NCBI GenBank assembly: GCA_965226375.1
Contig: CBDDCX010000007.1
Coordinates: 384,001 to 448,000, forward strand
Source: Longimicrobiales bacterium
GTDB lineage: Bacteria > Gemmatimonadota > Gemmatimonadetes > Longimicrobiales > Gaopeijiaceae
DNA length: 64,000 nt
Reading direction: 5' to 3'
This document shows, in pieces, positions 49,344 through 58,809 of the stretch. Each line of letters starts with the position of its first letter. Position 1 is the stretch's first letter. A program made the position numbers and the translations under genes. The notes under the pieces are model-generated. The model searched no databases. It had not been told where the DNA came from and saw only the letters and a program-made list of their open reading frames with translations.

Positions 49344-51887
49344 TTACTCGCCGTTATACGGCTTCCGGGGCTTGCTGGGTGTCCTCAACTCCATGCGACG
49401 GTGCTTGTCCGCTTCCTCCAACGCTTTCTGGATTCGGGGACAGGCATCCCTGACCGCATCCAAGTCGTCTCGCCGTAATTCGTATAACGCGCACGGGGTT
49501 ACGGCACGGCACGTTGCCGTGCGCGGAGTTCCGTGCAGCAACGCCATCTCCCCGAAAAAGTCGCCCGCCATCAGTGTCGCCATGTCCCGGGCGAGTCCAC
49601 CGTCCTGTCTGGATACCCGAACCACTCCGCGAGCCACCAGATAAAGCGACGATCCAGAGGCTCCCTGCTGCACGATGACCTCGCCGGCCGGCGCTGTCCT
49701 CCGCCTCAGCTTCGACGCGACAATGGCGAACTCCTCTTGATGCGTGTCCACGAAGAACGGCACCTTTTTCAGGAGTTCCTCCGGGTCGACCGCGAGCTTC
49801 CCGATCTTGCTCGCGCGGAGATCACGGAGTTCGTCCGCCATCTCTGCGAGCATCGCTTCGGCCACGCCCTCCGGGATGATGCCGGCGTGCGCTTTGGCTT
49901 CGATGGCCTCACGTTCGGCGTGGAGTACCATGCGTTCCGCGAGCCGTTCCTGCGTGGAATGGACGAACTCGGGGAACTGCTCGGCGTTCTGATCGAGACG
50001 CGCGCGTGCGTTCTCCTTCCAGTACTCGTAGGAGGCCCGAATGTCGTCCACGATTTCTGGTCGGGCCGCCTCGGCCTCTCCGACGGTGTCTAATTCCTCC
50101 AACACCTGAAGACTACCACGCGACCGAGCCCACGCGATTTCGTAGTCCCGAGCGGTCCGCTCCGCGCGCATGCTCTCCGCCCACGCCCCAAGGCCTGGGA
50201 CGTGATCCATGAGGCGGTAGACCACGTTTTCGATCCTCTCACCCGTAGGCGGATGGAGCGTGAACTCGGGCAGCCGTCCCTCGTGTCGGATCCCCTCGGT
50301 CTGCAGCTCGATGGAGTGGACGAGATTTCGGTAGGTCCGTTCCGTGAGATGACCCCGGGAGAACATGGAGTAGTAGATGGTGTTTTCCTCACCGAACGAG
50401 CGGAGATAGAGGAGTTTTCTCTCCTGCTCGAGGTCCAGATCCTCCCGGCGAAGCTCGGCCAGGTCAGACTTCATTGATTCAATGCTCGCTTCGCAACGGG
50501 AGCGGACCCCTTCGGCGATGCGCGGAGGAAAAAGCCCGCCGGTTTGAAGGTCCGGGATCTGTTCGAGCGTGCGCTGTTTGGCAGACAGCAGCCCTTCGAG
50601 GCGGGCGACACGATCCGACAGCGGTGGAACGTGAAGCCCGAACTTCTTGACGAGAGCTTCTATGGAGAGGCCCTGCACAAGGAGCGTGAAGAGGACGGCC
50701 CCCATGACCAGCGCAACGATGACCTCGTTCAGGTCCCCGAAACCCGGCACTTCTCTCCCCAGGTCCGGAAGACTGAGGGCGATGGCCAGAGCGACGGCAC
50801 CCCGGAGCCCTCCCCAGAACATCACGGTCTGATAGTCCCGGTCGATCGGATCAGAGCCCGGGAGCCGACCGATGCCGGGCACCAGCCCGAAGATCACCGT
50901 GGCCCGGGAGACGAGCATGGCCGCGATCACGACCACCAAGAGAGGTGCGCTGCTCGCAAGGGCCCCGAGGTCCACCGCCAGGCCCACCATCAAGAAGATG
51001 AGAGCGTTGGCCACCATGGCCATGTACTCCCAAAAATGCTCGAGGTAGCCTGCCACGGATGGGGATATCTTGGCCTTTCCCCAGCCTCCGATGAGCATGC
51101 CGGCCATAACCGTAGCCATCACTCCGCTCAGGTGGAGCACCTCTTCGGCCAAGAGGAACGAGACATAGGCCAGGACGGTCGTGAGCGTCACCTCGATAAA
51201 AGTGTCGGCCTCTACCCGGCCCAGGATCATTCCCACGACCAGGGCCGACGCCCACCCGACCATCAGTCCGCCGAAGAACACGAATAGGAACTGAACACCA
51301 CCAAAGACGATGGCCTCCTTGGTGATGACGCCGGCCAGAAGGATGCCCGTCAAGATTTTCGCCAGCACGATTGCCGTCGCGTCATTGAAGAGGCTTTCGC
51401 CCTCCACGAGGATCGTAAGCCGCTTGGGCGCGCCGAACTGGCGGAAGAGGGAAATCACCGAGACAGGATCCGTGGCGCTGAGGATCGACCCGAGGAGGAG
51501 TGCTTCGAGCCAGTCCAGCGGGGTGGCTACGACCACGATTGCTGCGATGAGACCGGTGGAGATGAGCAGGCCGGGCACGGCCAAGGTCAGCACCGCCGTC
51601 AGGTTCTCACGAAGCGCCCGCGCCTCGAGGTTGAACGCAGCCTCGAAGATCAGGGTGGGAAGGAAGACAAAGAAGGCGATTTCCGGGGCGATCTGCAGAT
51701 TCGCGATGGGTTCCAGAATCGCCCCGCCGAAGCGGGCCAACTGTGCCAAGGCGATCCCCGTGACGACCAAAGCCACCGTGAACGGAACCTTGATGCGTTT
51801 CGAGATGGCCATGACCCCGGCCGCGACGAGCAGGAGCCCGACCGTGGCGCCGACCACCTCGATCACATGATGGCCGGCTTCATCCAC
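49344..51887 (-). CDS. CPA1 Na+/H+ antiporter with cytosolic helical region and C-terminal cyclic-nucleotide-binding domain
   Basis: FLPTLIFEAA, SATDPVSV, EGESLFNDAT, WGGLRGAV; C-terminal FFGEMALLHGTPRTATC. Confidence 0.93.
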   Translation of the reverse strand: MDEAGHHVIEVVGATVGLLLVAAGVMAISKRIKVPFTVALVVTGIALAQLARFGGAILEPIANLQIAPEIAFFVFLPTLIFEAAFNLEARALRENLTAVLTLAVPGLLISTGLIAAIVVVATPLDWLEALLLGSILSATDPVSVISLFRQFGAPKRLTILVEGESLFNDATAIVLAKILTGILLAGVITKEAIVFGGVQFLFVFFGGLMVGWASALVVGMILGRVEADTFIEVTLTTVLAYVSFLLAEEVLHLSGVMATVMAGMLIGGWGKAKISPSVAGYLEHFWEYMAMVANALIFLMVGLAVDLGALASSAPLLVVVIAAMLVSRATVIFGLVPGIGRLPGSDPIDRDYQTVMFWGGLRGAVALAIALSLPDLGREVPGFGDLNEVIVALVMGAVLFTLLVQGLSIEALVKKFGLHVPPLSDRVARLEGLLSAKQRTLEQIPDLQTGGLFPPRIAEGVRSRCEASIESMKSDLAELRREDLDLEQERKLLYLRSFGEENTIYYSMFSRGHLTERTYRNLVHSIELQTEGIRHEGRLPEFTLHPPTGERIENVVYRLMDHVPGLGAWAESMRAERTARDYEIAWARSRGSLQVLEELDTVGEAEAARPEIVDDIRASYEYWKENARARLDQNAEQFPEFVHSTQERLAERMVLHAEREAIEAKAHAGIIPEGVAEAMLAEMADELRDLRASKIGKLAVDPEELLKKVPFFVDTHQEEFAIVASKLRRRTAPAGEVIVQQGASGSSLYLVARGVVRVSRQDGGLARDMATLMAGDFFGEMALLHGTPRTATCRAVTPCALYELRRDDLDAVRDACPRIQKALEEADKHRRMELRTPSKPRKPYNGE

Positions 51888-51888
51888 G

Positions 51889-52899
51889 TCAGGCTCCGGT
51901 CGTCACGGAGGGACCACGCACGGCGATGAGCAACGCGTTTGAAACGCTCTCGAGCCCCAGTTCGTGGATCTTCTTTCCCGCCGCCGGGGACGACTCGGGA
52001 ATGGTGACTTCGTCAATGCGCAGGTTGGCGTCCTGGTCGCGGAGCATGACGTCCAGGAAGTTCACCACGGTGGGCCTGATGAGCTCCGAAGCCAGACGGA
52101 GCCCACCGATATAGGTCGGCGACACCACGGCGTTCGCTCCGACTCGCCGGATCTTGTCCTCGGAGCGGATGTCGGTGACGCGCGACACGATACGAATAGA
52201 GGAATTCAGTTGGTGGGCGCTCAGGGTGATGACAACGTTCTCCTTATCGTTGTCCGTGCATGCGACGATTCCTGCGGCCCTCTCGACACCCGCGGCGATC
52301 AACACTTCGTCGGACGCGGGATCCCCGACAATGAGCGGTGTATCCGCGATTTCGCCGCGCAAGTAGTCGACCTGGTCCCGCTTCTCACAGACCAGCACGA
52401 CCTGTCTGCGTACCGAGAGGAGCTCTTTGGTGGTGTAGACGGCTGTGCCTCCGGCACCGCACACGATCAAATGCCCCGACATGCTGCCGATGGTTTTCTC
52501 CAACTTCCGTCTCTTGAAGACGTGCCCGATCTGTCCCTCGAGTATGAGGGCCGTCGCGGTCGTGACAAAGTAGAGCACTCCGCCCATCCCCACGAGAATG
52601 AGCACGGCCGTGAAGATGCGTCCGCCGGGACGAGCGCTCATGTCGACGATCTCACCGAACCCCACGGTCGTGAGCGTAATCGCCGTCATGTAGAAGGCGT
52701 CCACCCACGCGACCCTCGGGTCGATGATGCGATACCCGACCACGCCCACCACCATGACGCAGCAAAGGAACAGCGCCGCAACGCTCAGCCGCAGCCTCAG
52801 CTGTCGCAGATCTTCATCCACCTCCGTGGGCGTGACGTCGTATACGTTCAAGTTTCGCAGGCTGCAGAAGAAGTACAGCGGGCCGCGTTGCCGATGCAA
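51889..52899 (-). CDS. 2-TM potassium channel with RCK (TrkA-N/TrkA-C) domains, MthK-like; C-terminus appears truncated
   Basis: Filter TLTTVGFGE, HLIVCGAG Rossmann strand, AAGVERA, GGLRLASELIRP; start uncertain. Confidence 0.88.
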   Translation of the reverse strand: MHRQRGPLYFFCSLRNLNVYDVTPTEVDEDLRQLRLRLSVAALFLCCVMVVGVVGYRIIDPRVAWVDAFYMTAITLTTVGFGEIVDMSARPGGRIFTAVLILVGMGGVLYFVTTATALILEGQIGHVFKRRKLEKTIGSMSGHLIVCGAGGTAVYTTKELLSVRRQVVLVCEKRDQVDYLRGEIADTPLIVGDPASDEVLIAAGVERAAGIVACTDNDKENVVITLSAHQLNSSIRIVSRVTDIRSEDKIRRVGANAVVSPTYIGGLRLASELIRPTVVNFLDVMLRDQDANLRIDEVTIPESSPAAGKKIHELGLESVSNALLIAVRGPSVTTGA

Positions 52900-53086
52900 C
52901 GGCCTGAGATTCTAGGCGGAGCGATACTGGTTCACTGACGTGAATCTGCCCCTCAGATCTGCCGAAAAGCAAGTAAGTTTGCCCATTGTGGCACTCCGGA
53001 GCGGCCATTGCCCCACCCCGACCACCACGGCATGTTTCGGCACTTCAGTCTTACGAATAGCGGCTCCAAAGCAGGGCAACGGGTAA

Positions 53087-53686
53087 TTGGCGTACATCCC
53101 ATACGTTCCGTACGAAGAGGCCGAGGGCCCGCTCGCCGAGCTGTATCGGCAATTCGGAGGCTCCGAATCGAGCGTGGACAACATCATCCGGATCCACTCC
53201 TTGAGCCCACCCTCTATGGAGCACCACGTACGCCTCTACGCACACCTCATGCGAGGCAAGTCACCATTGAGCCAGGCACAGCGCGAGATGATCGCGATCA
53301 CGGTCTCGGCTGTGAACGACTGCTTCTATTGAATCAACCATCACGGGGCGGGACTCCGTACGCTCACTGAAGACGCCGAGTTGTCCAGGGCCCTGGCCCG
53401 CGACTATCGGGAGGCCGATCTCGAGATCGACGATCGGGCGATGCTCGACTACGTGGTGAAATTGACCCTGACACCCTGGAAGATTGGCGAGGCCGATGTC
53501 TCACGACTTCGGGAGGTGGGATTCGACGATGCCGGCGTTCTCGATATCTGCCAGATCGCCTGCTACTACAACTATGTGAACCGCCTGGCCGACGGGCTGG
53601 GTGTCGAACTGGAGTCCGACTGGAAACGAGGCCCTTTGACCCTCACCCGGGCCGAGTTCGAGGAACGACGACGGACCACGGAATGA
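53087..53686 (+). CDS. AhpD/carboxymuconolactone-decarboxylase-family peroxidase-related protein, probable selenoprotein (in-frame TGA 53330-53332)
   Basis: ORFs 53087-53332 and 53381-53686 share a frame; REMIAITVSAVNDCFY-TGA-INHHG gives CxxU; downstream LREVGFDD..YNYVNRLADGLGV is the family C-terminal half. Confidence 0.85.
53343..53359 (+). promoter_or_regulatory. Putative bacterial SECIS stem-loop
   Basis: ACGGGG-CGGGA-CTCCGT hairpin with G-containing loop starting 16 nt after the UGA. Confidence 0.55.
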
Positions 53687-53928
53687 TCGAGCTCACGGGC
53701 CATGACCTCTCGTTGGAGACCATCGAAGCGGCGGCGGTCCACCTCGTCGTGCCTCGGGTGGGGTCCGTGGGCGCCAGCGGTGATCTGGCGCCTTTGTCGC
53801 ACATCGCGCTGGCTCGGACCGGAGAGGGCAAGGTCGAATTCCAGGGCGTGATCCGAGATACGAGAGACGTGTTCACCGAGCTGGGCGTTGAGGCTGTCGA
53901 GCTTCGCGAGAAGGAGATAGAGCTTTGA
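53683..53928 (+). pseudogene. hutH: Histidine ammonia-lyase remnant (81 aa, large deletions)
   Basis: HutH-like N-terminus MIELTGHDLSLETI fused to the MIO segment GSVGASGDLAPLSHIA...LREKE; full enzymes are ~500 aa. Confidence 0.85.
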
Positions 53929-55592
53929 GTACGATTGCAGAGCCGCGGACGATCCGTGCAGCCCGCGGGAACGAGCTTTCTTGTCAGGGGTGGACACAGG
54001 AAGCTGCCCTGCGAATGCTCATGAACAACCTGGATCCAGAGGTCGCCGAGCGGCCGGAAGATCTGGTGGTCTACGGGGGAACCGGCCGAGCCGCCCGGAG
54101 TTGGGAGGCGTTCGATGGCATCGTGGCGACCCTTAAGGAATTGGAGGACGACGAGACGCTTCTCGTGCAGTCCGGCAAGCCGGTTGGGGTGTTCACCACA
54201 CATCCCGGCGCTCCTCGGGTCCTGATCGCCAACTCGAACCTGGTAGGCCGGTGGGCGGACTGGGACCACTTCAACGAGCTCGAACGGAAGGGTCTCATGA
54301 TGTACGGCCAGATGACGGCCGGCTCGTGGATCTACATCGGAAGCCAGGGCATCCTACAGGGCACGTACGAGACCTTCGGCGCCATGGCGCGACAGCACTT
54401 CGGTTCCAGCCTGAAGGGCCGCTGGGTGCTCACCGGCGGAATGGGGGGCATGGGGGGTGCCCAGCCGCTTGCCGCCACCATGAACGGCGGCGCCATCCTA
54501 GTCGTCGAGGTGGATCCGACGCGCATCCAGCGGAGGCTCGACACCGGATATTGCGACCGGATGACTGACGATCTCGGTGAGGCGCTGGAATGGACGCGCG
54601 GGGCCGCCGACCGAGGTGAGGCCCTCAGCGTCGGGCTCGTGGGCAACTGTGCGGAGGTGATCCCCGAAATTGCCGCTCGAGGCATCGTCCCCGACTTGCT
54701 CACCGACCAGACGTCGGCTCACGACCCCTTGAACGGCTACGTGCCCGCCGGCTTGTCTCTGGAGGCCGCGGAGGCCCTACGTACACACGATCCTGCGGAA
54801 TACGTACGCCGCTCCATGGAGTCCATGCGGGCCCACTGCGAGGCCATGGTGGAGCTCATGCGCGCGGGTGCGCACACCACCGACTACGGCAACAACCTTC
54901 GTACGCAGGCGCTGGACGCCGGCTTCGAGGACGCTTTCGCGTTTCCCGGCTTCGTGCCCGCCTACGTGCGTCCTCTGTTCTGCGAGGGGAAGGGGCCGTT
55001 CCGCTGGGTGGCGCTTTCGGGTGACCCCGCCGACATCCACCGAACCGACGATCTCGTGCTGGAGATGTTCCCCGACGACGAACATCTCGTGCGGTGGATC
55101 GAATTGGCACGGGAGAAGATTCATTTCCAAGGTCTGCCTGCCCGAATTTGCTGGCTCGGGCAAGGAGAGCGGGCCCGTTTCGGTGTGGCTATGAACGAGT
55201 TGGTTGCCAGTGGAGAAATCTCCGCGCCCATCGTCATCGGGCGAGACCACCTCGATACGGGATCGGTGGCGTCGCCCTTTCGTGAGACCGAAGCGATGCT
55301 CGACGGAAGTGATGCGGTGGCCGACTGGCCGATCCTGAACGCCCTACTGAATACGGCGTCGGGGGCGAGCTGGGTGTCGTTCCACCACGGGGGTGGTGTC
55401 GGCATCGGCAACTCGCTCCATGCGGGCCAGGTCCTCGTGGCCGACGGCACGCCCGAGATGTCCGAGAGGATCGGCCGTGTGCTCACAAATGATCCCGGCA
55501 TCGGTGTGGTGCGTCATGCCGACGCCGGTTACGAGAAGGCGGTAGAGACCGCCGAGCGAGAAGGACTTCGTCTTCCAATGCGTGAGGGTTAG
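53925..55592 (+). CDS. hutU: Urocanate hydratase
   Basis: [62 protein letters not shown]. Confidence 0.98.
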   Translation: MSTIAEPRTIRAARGNELSCQGWTQEAALRMLMNNLDPEVAERPEDLVVYGGTGRAARSWEAFDGIVATLKELEDDETLLVQSGKPVGVFTTHPGAPRVLIANSNLVGRWADWDHFNELERKGLMMYGQMTAGSWIYIGSQGILQGTYETFGAMARQHFGSSLKGRWVLTGGMGGMGGAQPLAATMNGGAILVVEVDPTRIQRRLDTGYCDRMTDDLGEALEWTRGAADRGEALSVGLVGNCAEVIPEIAARGIVPDLLTDQTSAHDPLNGYVPAGLSLEAAEALRTHDPAEYVRRSMESMRAHCEAMVELMRAGAHTTDYGNNLRTQALDAGFEDAFAFPGFVPAYVRPLFCEGKGPFRWVALSGDPADIHRTDDLVLEMFPDDEHLVRWIELAREKIHFQGLPARICWLGQGERARFGVAMNELVASGEISAPIVIGRDHLDTGSVASPFRETEAMLDGSDAVADWPILNALLNTASGASWVSFHHGGGVGIGNSLHAGQVLVADGTPEMSERIGRVLTNDPGIGVVRHADAGYEKAVETAEREGLRLPMREG

Positions 55593-55598
55593 CAGCAG

Positions 55599-57431
55599 AT
55601 GTCACAAAGGATCGTCGAGTGTGTCCCCAACTTCTCCGAAGGGCGAAATCCCGCCGTCCTGAAGGAGATCACCAACGCCGTCGAGGCCGTTCCGGGCGTG
55701 AGCCTTCTCGACGTCGATCCCGGGGCCAATACCAATAGAACCGTCGTCACGTTCGTCGGCCCTCCTGAAGCCGTGGAAGAGGCCGCCTTCCAGTGCGTAG
55801 CCCGTGCGGCCCAGCTCATCGACATGCGGGAGCACCAGGGGGCACACCCCCGGATGGGGGCCACCGACGTGGTGCCCTTCGTGCCGGTGTCCGGCGTGAC
55901 CATGGAAGAGTGTGTGGAGATGGCCCGACGCGTCGGAGAGCGGATCGGCTCGGAGCTGGATATTCCGATCTTCCTCTACGAGAACGCGGCGACTCGCCCG
56001 GAACGGCGCAACCTGGCACAGGTACGATCCGGCGAGTACGAGGGCATGGCCGAAAAGCTCAAGGACCCGGATTGGCATCCGGACTTCGGGCCGCGGGACC
56101 TGAACCCTACTGCAGGAGCCACCTGTGTGGGCGCTCGGGAGTTCCTGATCGCGTACAACATCAACCTGAATTCCACCGACCGGCGTTATGCCAACGACAT
56201 CGCTTATGCGATCCGTGAGCGAGGGCGATGGAAGCGGGTCGGCAACACCGACCCGTTCTACTACAAGGGTGAGGTAGTGCGCTTCGCCGAAGACGGCACC
56301 TATCCCTGCGGTCCCTGCGACTTCCTCGGCGGAAGCTTTGCGGAGTTGGAGACCCACTACCGAGATGTCCACGGCGGCGATCTTCGGGCGCGGTATCAGG
56401 CGCTGGACATCGATCCCGACGCTCCGTCCGGCCCCGTTTTCGACGATGGCCTGTTTACGGACGTGAAGGCCATCGGTTGGGTGATCGACGAATATGAGCG
56501 GGCTCAGATCAGCATCAACTTCACGAACTACAAGGTGAGCCCTCCTCACGAGGTGCTGGAGGCGGCTCGGGAAGAGGCACGCAAGAAAGGTGTGATCATC
56601 ACTGGCTCCGAGCTGGTGGGCTTGATCCCGTTCGAGGCGCTGCGGCAGGCCGGTGTCTTCTACCGTAAACGGGCCATGAAGTCGACAGGCATTCCGGTTC
56701 CCGATCTGCTGGAGACGGCCATTCAGTCCATGGGGCTGAGAGATGTGGCGCCATTCGACGTCGAGGAAAAAGTGCTCGCCGCACCCACTGCGGAGGGGCC
56801 GCTGGTGCGACGACCCACGTACGACTTCATCGACGAGGTCTCGCGGGAGACACCCGCGCCGGGCGGTGGATCGGTAGCTGCCTTGGCTGGCGCTCTCGGC
56901 GGGGCGCTGGCATCGATGGTGGTGAATCTCTCGGTGGGGAAGGGTGAGTTTGACGATCGCTACGAGCAGCTCTGTGCGATCGCGGAGCGCGCTCAAGCCG
57001 TGAAGGATTTGCTCGTGCGTATGGTCGATGAGGATACACAGGCCTTCGACTCCGTCCTTACCGGCATGCGCATGCCGAGGGACACGGAGGAGGAGCGGGT
57101 TCTTCGTTCCGCGGCGATCCAGGAGGGTTATAAGACCGCCACCCTCGTGCCCCTCAGGACGGCTGAAGGATGCCTTGAGGCCATGACGCTATGCCGGGAG
57201 ATGGCCGGCATGGCTACGCCCGAGATGATCAGTGACGTGGGATCCGGGGCTCTCATGGCCCATGCAGGCCTCAAGTCGGCTATCTACAACGTGCGCATCA
57301 ATCTGCCGAATATCTCTGACGACGCGTTCGACAAAGAGGTGCGTGGCAAACTGGATGGGCTCCTGCAGGGGGCCGACGAAGTTGCGCGTGAGGTGGAGGG
57401 GTTCGTAGAAGCGGCGCTGGAGGTCGGTTGA
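55599..57431 (+). CDS. ftcD: Bifunctional glutamate formimidoyltransferase / formimidoyl-THF cyclodeaminase (FTCD)
   Basis: ECVPNFSEGR, NRTVVT, HQGAHPRMGATDVVPF, GAREFLIAYNIN; C-terminal PAPGGGSVAA, NVRINL. Confidence 0.95.
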   Translation: MSQRIVECVPNFSEGRNPAVLKEITNAVEAVPGVSLLDVDPGANTNRTVVTFVGPPEAVEEAAFQCVARAAQLIDMREHQGAHPRMGATDVVPFVPVSGVTMEECVEMARRVGERIGSELDIPIFLYENAATRPERRNLAQVRSGEYEGMAEKLKDPDWHPDFGPRDLNPTAGATCVGAREFLIAYNINLNSTDRRYANDIAYAIRERGRWKRVGNTDPFYYKGEVVRFAEDGTYPCGPCDFLGGSFAELETHYRDVHGGDLRARYQALDIDPDAPSGPVFDDGLFTDVKAIGWVIDEYERAQISINFTNYKVSPPHEVLEAAREEARKKGVIITGSELVGLIPFEALRQAGVFYRKRAMKSTGIPVPDLLETAIQSMGLRDVAPFDVEEKVLAAPTAEGPLVRRPTYDFIDEVSRETPAPGGGSVAALAGALGGALASMVVNLSVGKGEFDDRYEQLCAIAERAQAVKDLLVRMVDEDTQAFDSVLTGMRMPRDTEEERVLRSAAIQEGYKTATLVPLRTAEGCLEAMTLCREMAGMATPEMISDVGSGALMAHAGLKSAIYNVRINLPNISDDAFDKEVRGKLDGLLQGADEVAREVEGFVEAALEVG

Positions 57432-57443
57432 AACGGTAGACCG

Positions 57444-57505
57444 CGCTCAGGTCTGCAGGGGGAAGGCGCTTAGGCGTCCAGGGAAAAACGCTCAGGCCTC
57501 TAGGG
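57444..57505 (+). repeat. Three direct repeats CGCTYAGG-N5-AGGG at 22-23 bp spacing upstream of hutI
   Basis: CGCTCAGGtctgcAGGG (57444), CGCTTAGGcgtccAGGG (57467), CGCTCAGGcctctAGGG (57489). Confidence 0.6.
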
Positions 57506-57567
57506 GGCGAGTACGGGCCCCTGAGGATCCTGGGCGCGCAGAAGACGACAATAGAATAGGACTCCTT

Positions 57568-58794
57568 TTGGCTTTCGACAGTGTTTGGCTGAACGGTCAC
57601 CTCGCCACCATGCGGAGCGGCGGAGCCGCGTACGGGGAGGTGCCCGACGGTGCGGTGGCCGTGACCGGTGGGCGGATCGACTGGGTGGGTCCCAGGTCGG
57701 AACTCCCCGCCGACGACGTAGGTCCGGAGACGGTCGAACACGATGTACAGGGTGCCTGGCTTACCCCCGGCCTCATCGATTGTCATACCCACCTGGTATT
57801 CGCAGGCGACAGGGCGGACGAGTTCGAGGCGCGCCTTCAGGGTGCGTCGTATGAAGAGATCGCCCGCTCGGGTGGGGGCATTCGCTCCACGGTCCGTGCC
57901 ACTCGCGAGGCGACCCCGGAAGAACTGGAAGCCGGCGCTTCCGCGAGGGCCGGCCAGTTGCTGAGGCAGGGCGTCACCACCGTCGAGATCAAGTCGGGAT
58001 ACGGGATGGATGTCGTCACCGAGTTGGCGATGCTGCGAGCGGCACGGAGCGTAGGCGAAAGTCTGCCACTCACGGTGAAGGCCACGCTGCTCGCTCTCCA
58101 TGCCCTCCCGGCGGACTTCGACGGGCGTCGCGAGGACTTCCTTGCTCTGGCGCTGAAGGAGCTCTTGCCCGCGGCCGTAGAGGAGGGGCTGGTCGATGCA
58201 GTCGATGCCTTCTGCGAGGGCATCGCGTTCACCCCTGACGAGTGCGCCACATTTTTCCGCGCCGCCACTGACCTGGGGCTTCCGGTCCGACTCCATGCGG
58301 ACCAGCTGTCGGACACGGGAGGTGCCGCCCTGGCGGCCAGTTTCTCGGCGCTCTCCGCCGATCATCTCGAGTACACTTCGGAAGAGGGTGCGCGTGCGAT
58401 GGCCGCCGCCGGGACGGCGGCCGTTCTGTTGCCCGGCGCGTTCTACTATCTGCGCGAGACCCACACCCCTCCAGTAGACGCATTCAGAGAGCACGGTGTC
58501 CCGATGGCTCTGGCCACCGACGCGAACCCGGGCTCGTCTCCCATCCTATCGATCCTGACGATCCTCAACATGGGCTGCACTCTCTTCAGGTTGACTCCGG
58601 AGGAGGCGCTGGCGGGTGTGACGAGAAATGCGGCAGGAGCTCTGGGCCTCGGGACCGAAGCGGGCACTCTGGAGCCGGGAAAGCGAGCGGACCTGGCTCT
58701 TTGGGACGTGGAGCACCCGCGCGAGCTGGCCTACTGGATCGGCACGAATCCGTGCCGATCCGTGGTCAAGGACGGAGTTCCGGTCGGGACCTAG
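57568..58794 (+). CDS. hutI: Imidazolonepropionase
   Basis: PGLIDCHTHLVFAG.RA.EF, GVTTVEIKSGYG, DAFCE, HADQL, SADHLE, ATDANPGSSP. Confidence 0.97.
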   Translation: MAFDSVWLNGHLATMRSGGAAYGEVPDGAVAVTGGRIDWVGPRSELPADDVGPETVEHDVQGAWLTPGLIDCHTHLVFAGDRADEFEARLQGASYEEIARSGGGIRSTVRATREATPEELEAGASARAGQLLRQGVTTVEIKSGYGMDVVTELAMLRAARSVGESLPLTVKATLLALHALPADFDGRREDFLALALKELLPAAVEEGLVDAVDAFCEGIAFTPDECATFFRAATDLGLPVRLHADQLSDTGGAALAASFSALSADHLEYTSEEGARAMAAAGTAAVLLPGAFYYLRETHTPPVDAFREHGVPMALATDANPGSSPILSILTILNMGCTLFRLTPEEALAGVTRNAAGALGLGTEAGTLEPGKRADLALWDVEHPRELAYWIGTNPCRSVVKDGVPVGT

Positions 58795-58809
58795 TGTCTT
58801 GTCCCCCGG

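Noticed and set aside
52990..53006. Sigma54 promoter upstream of the AhpD/hut operon (TGGCAC...)
   Set aside because: The GC dinucleotide is one base off the strict -24/-12 spacing
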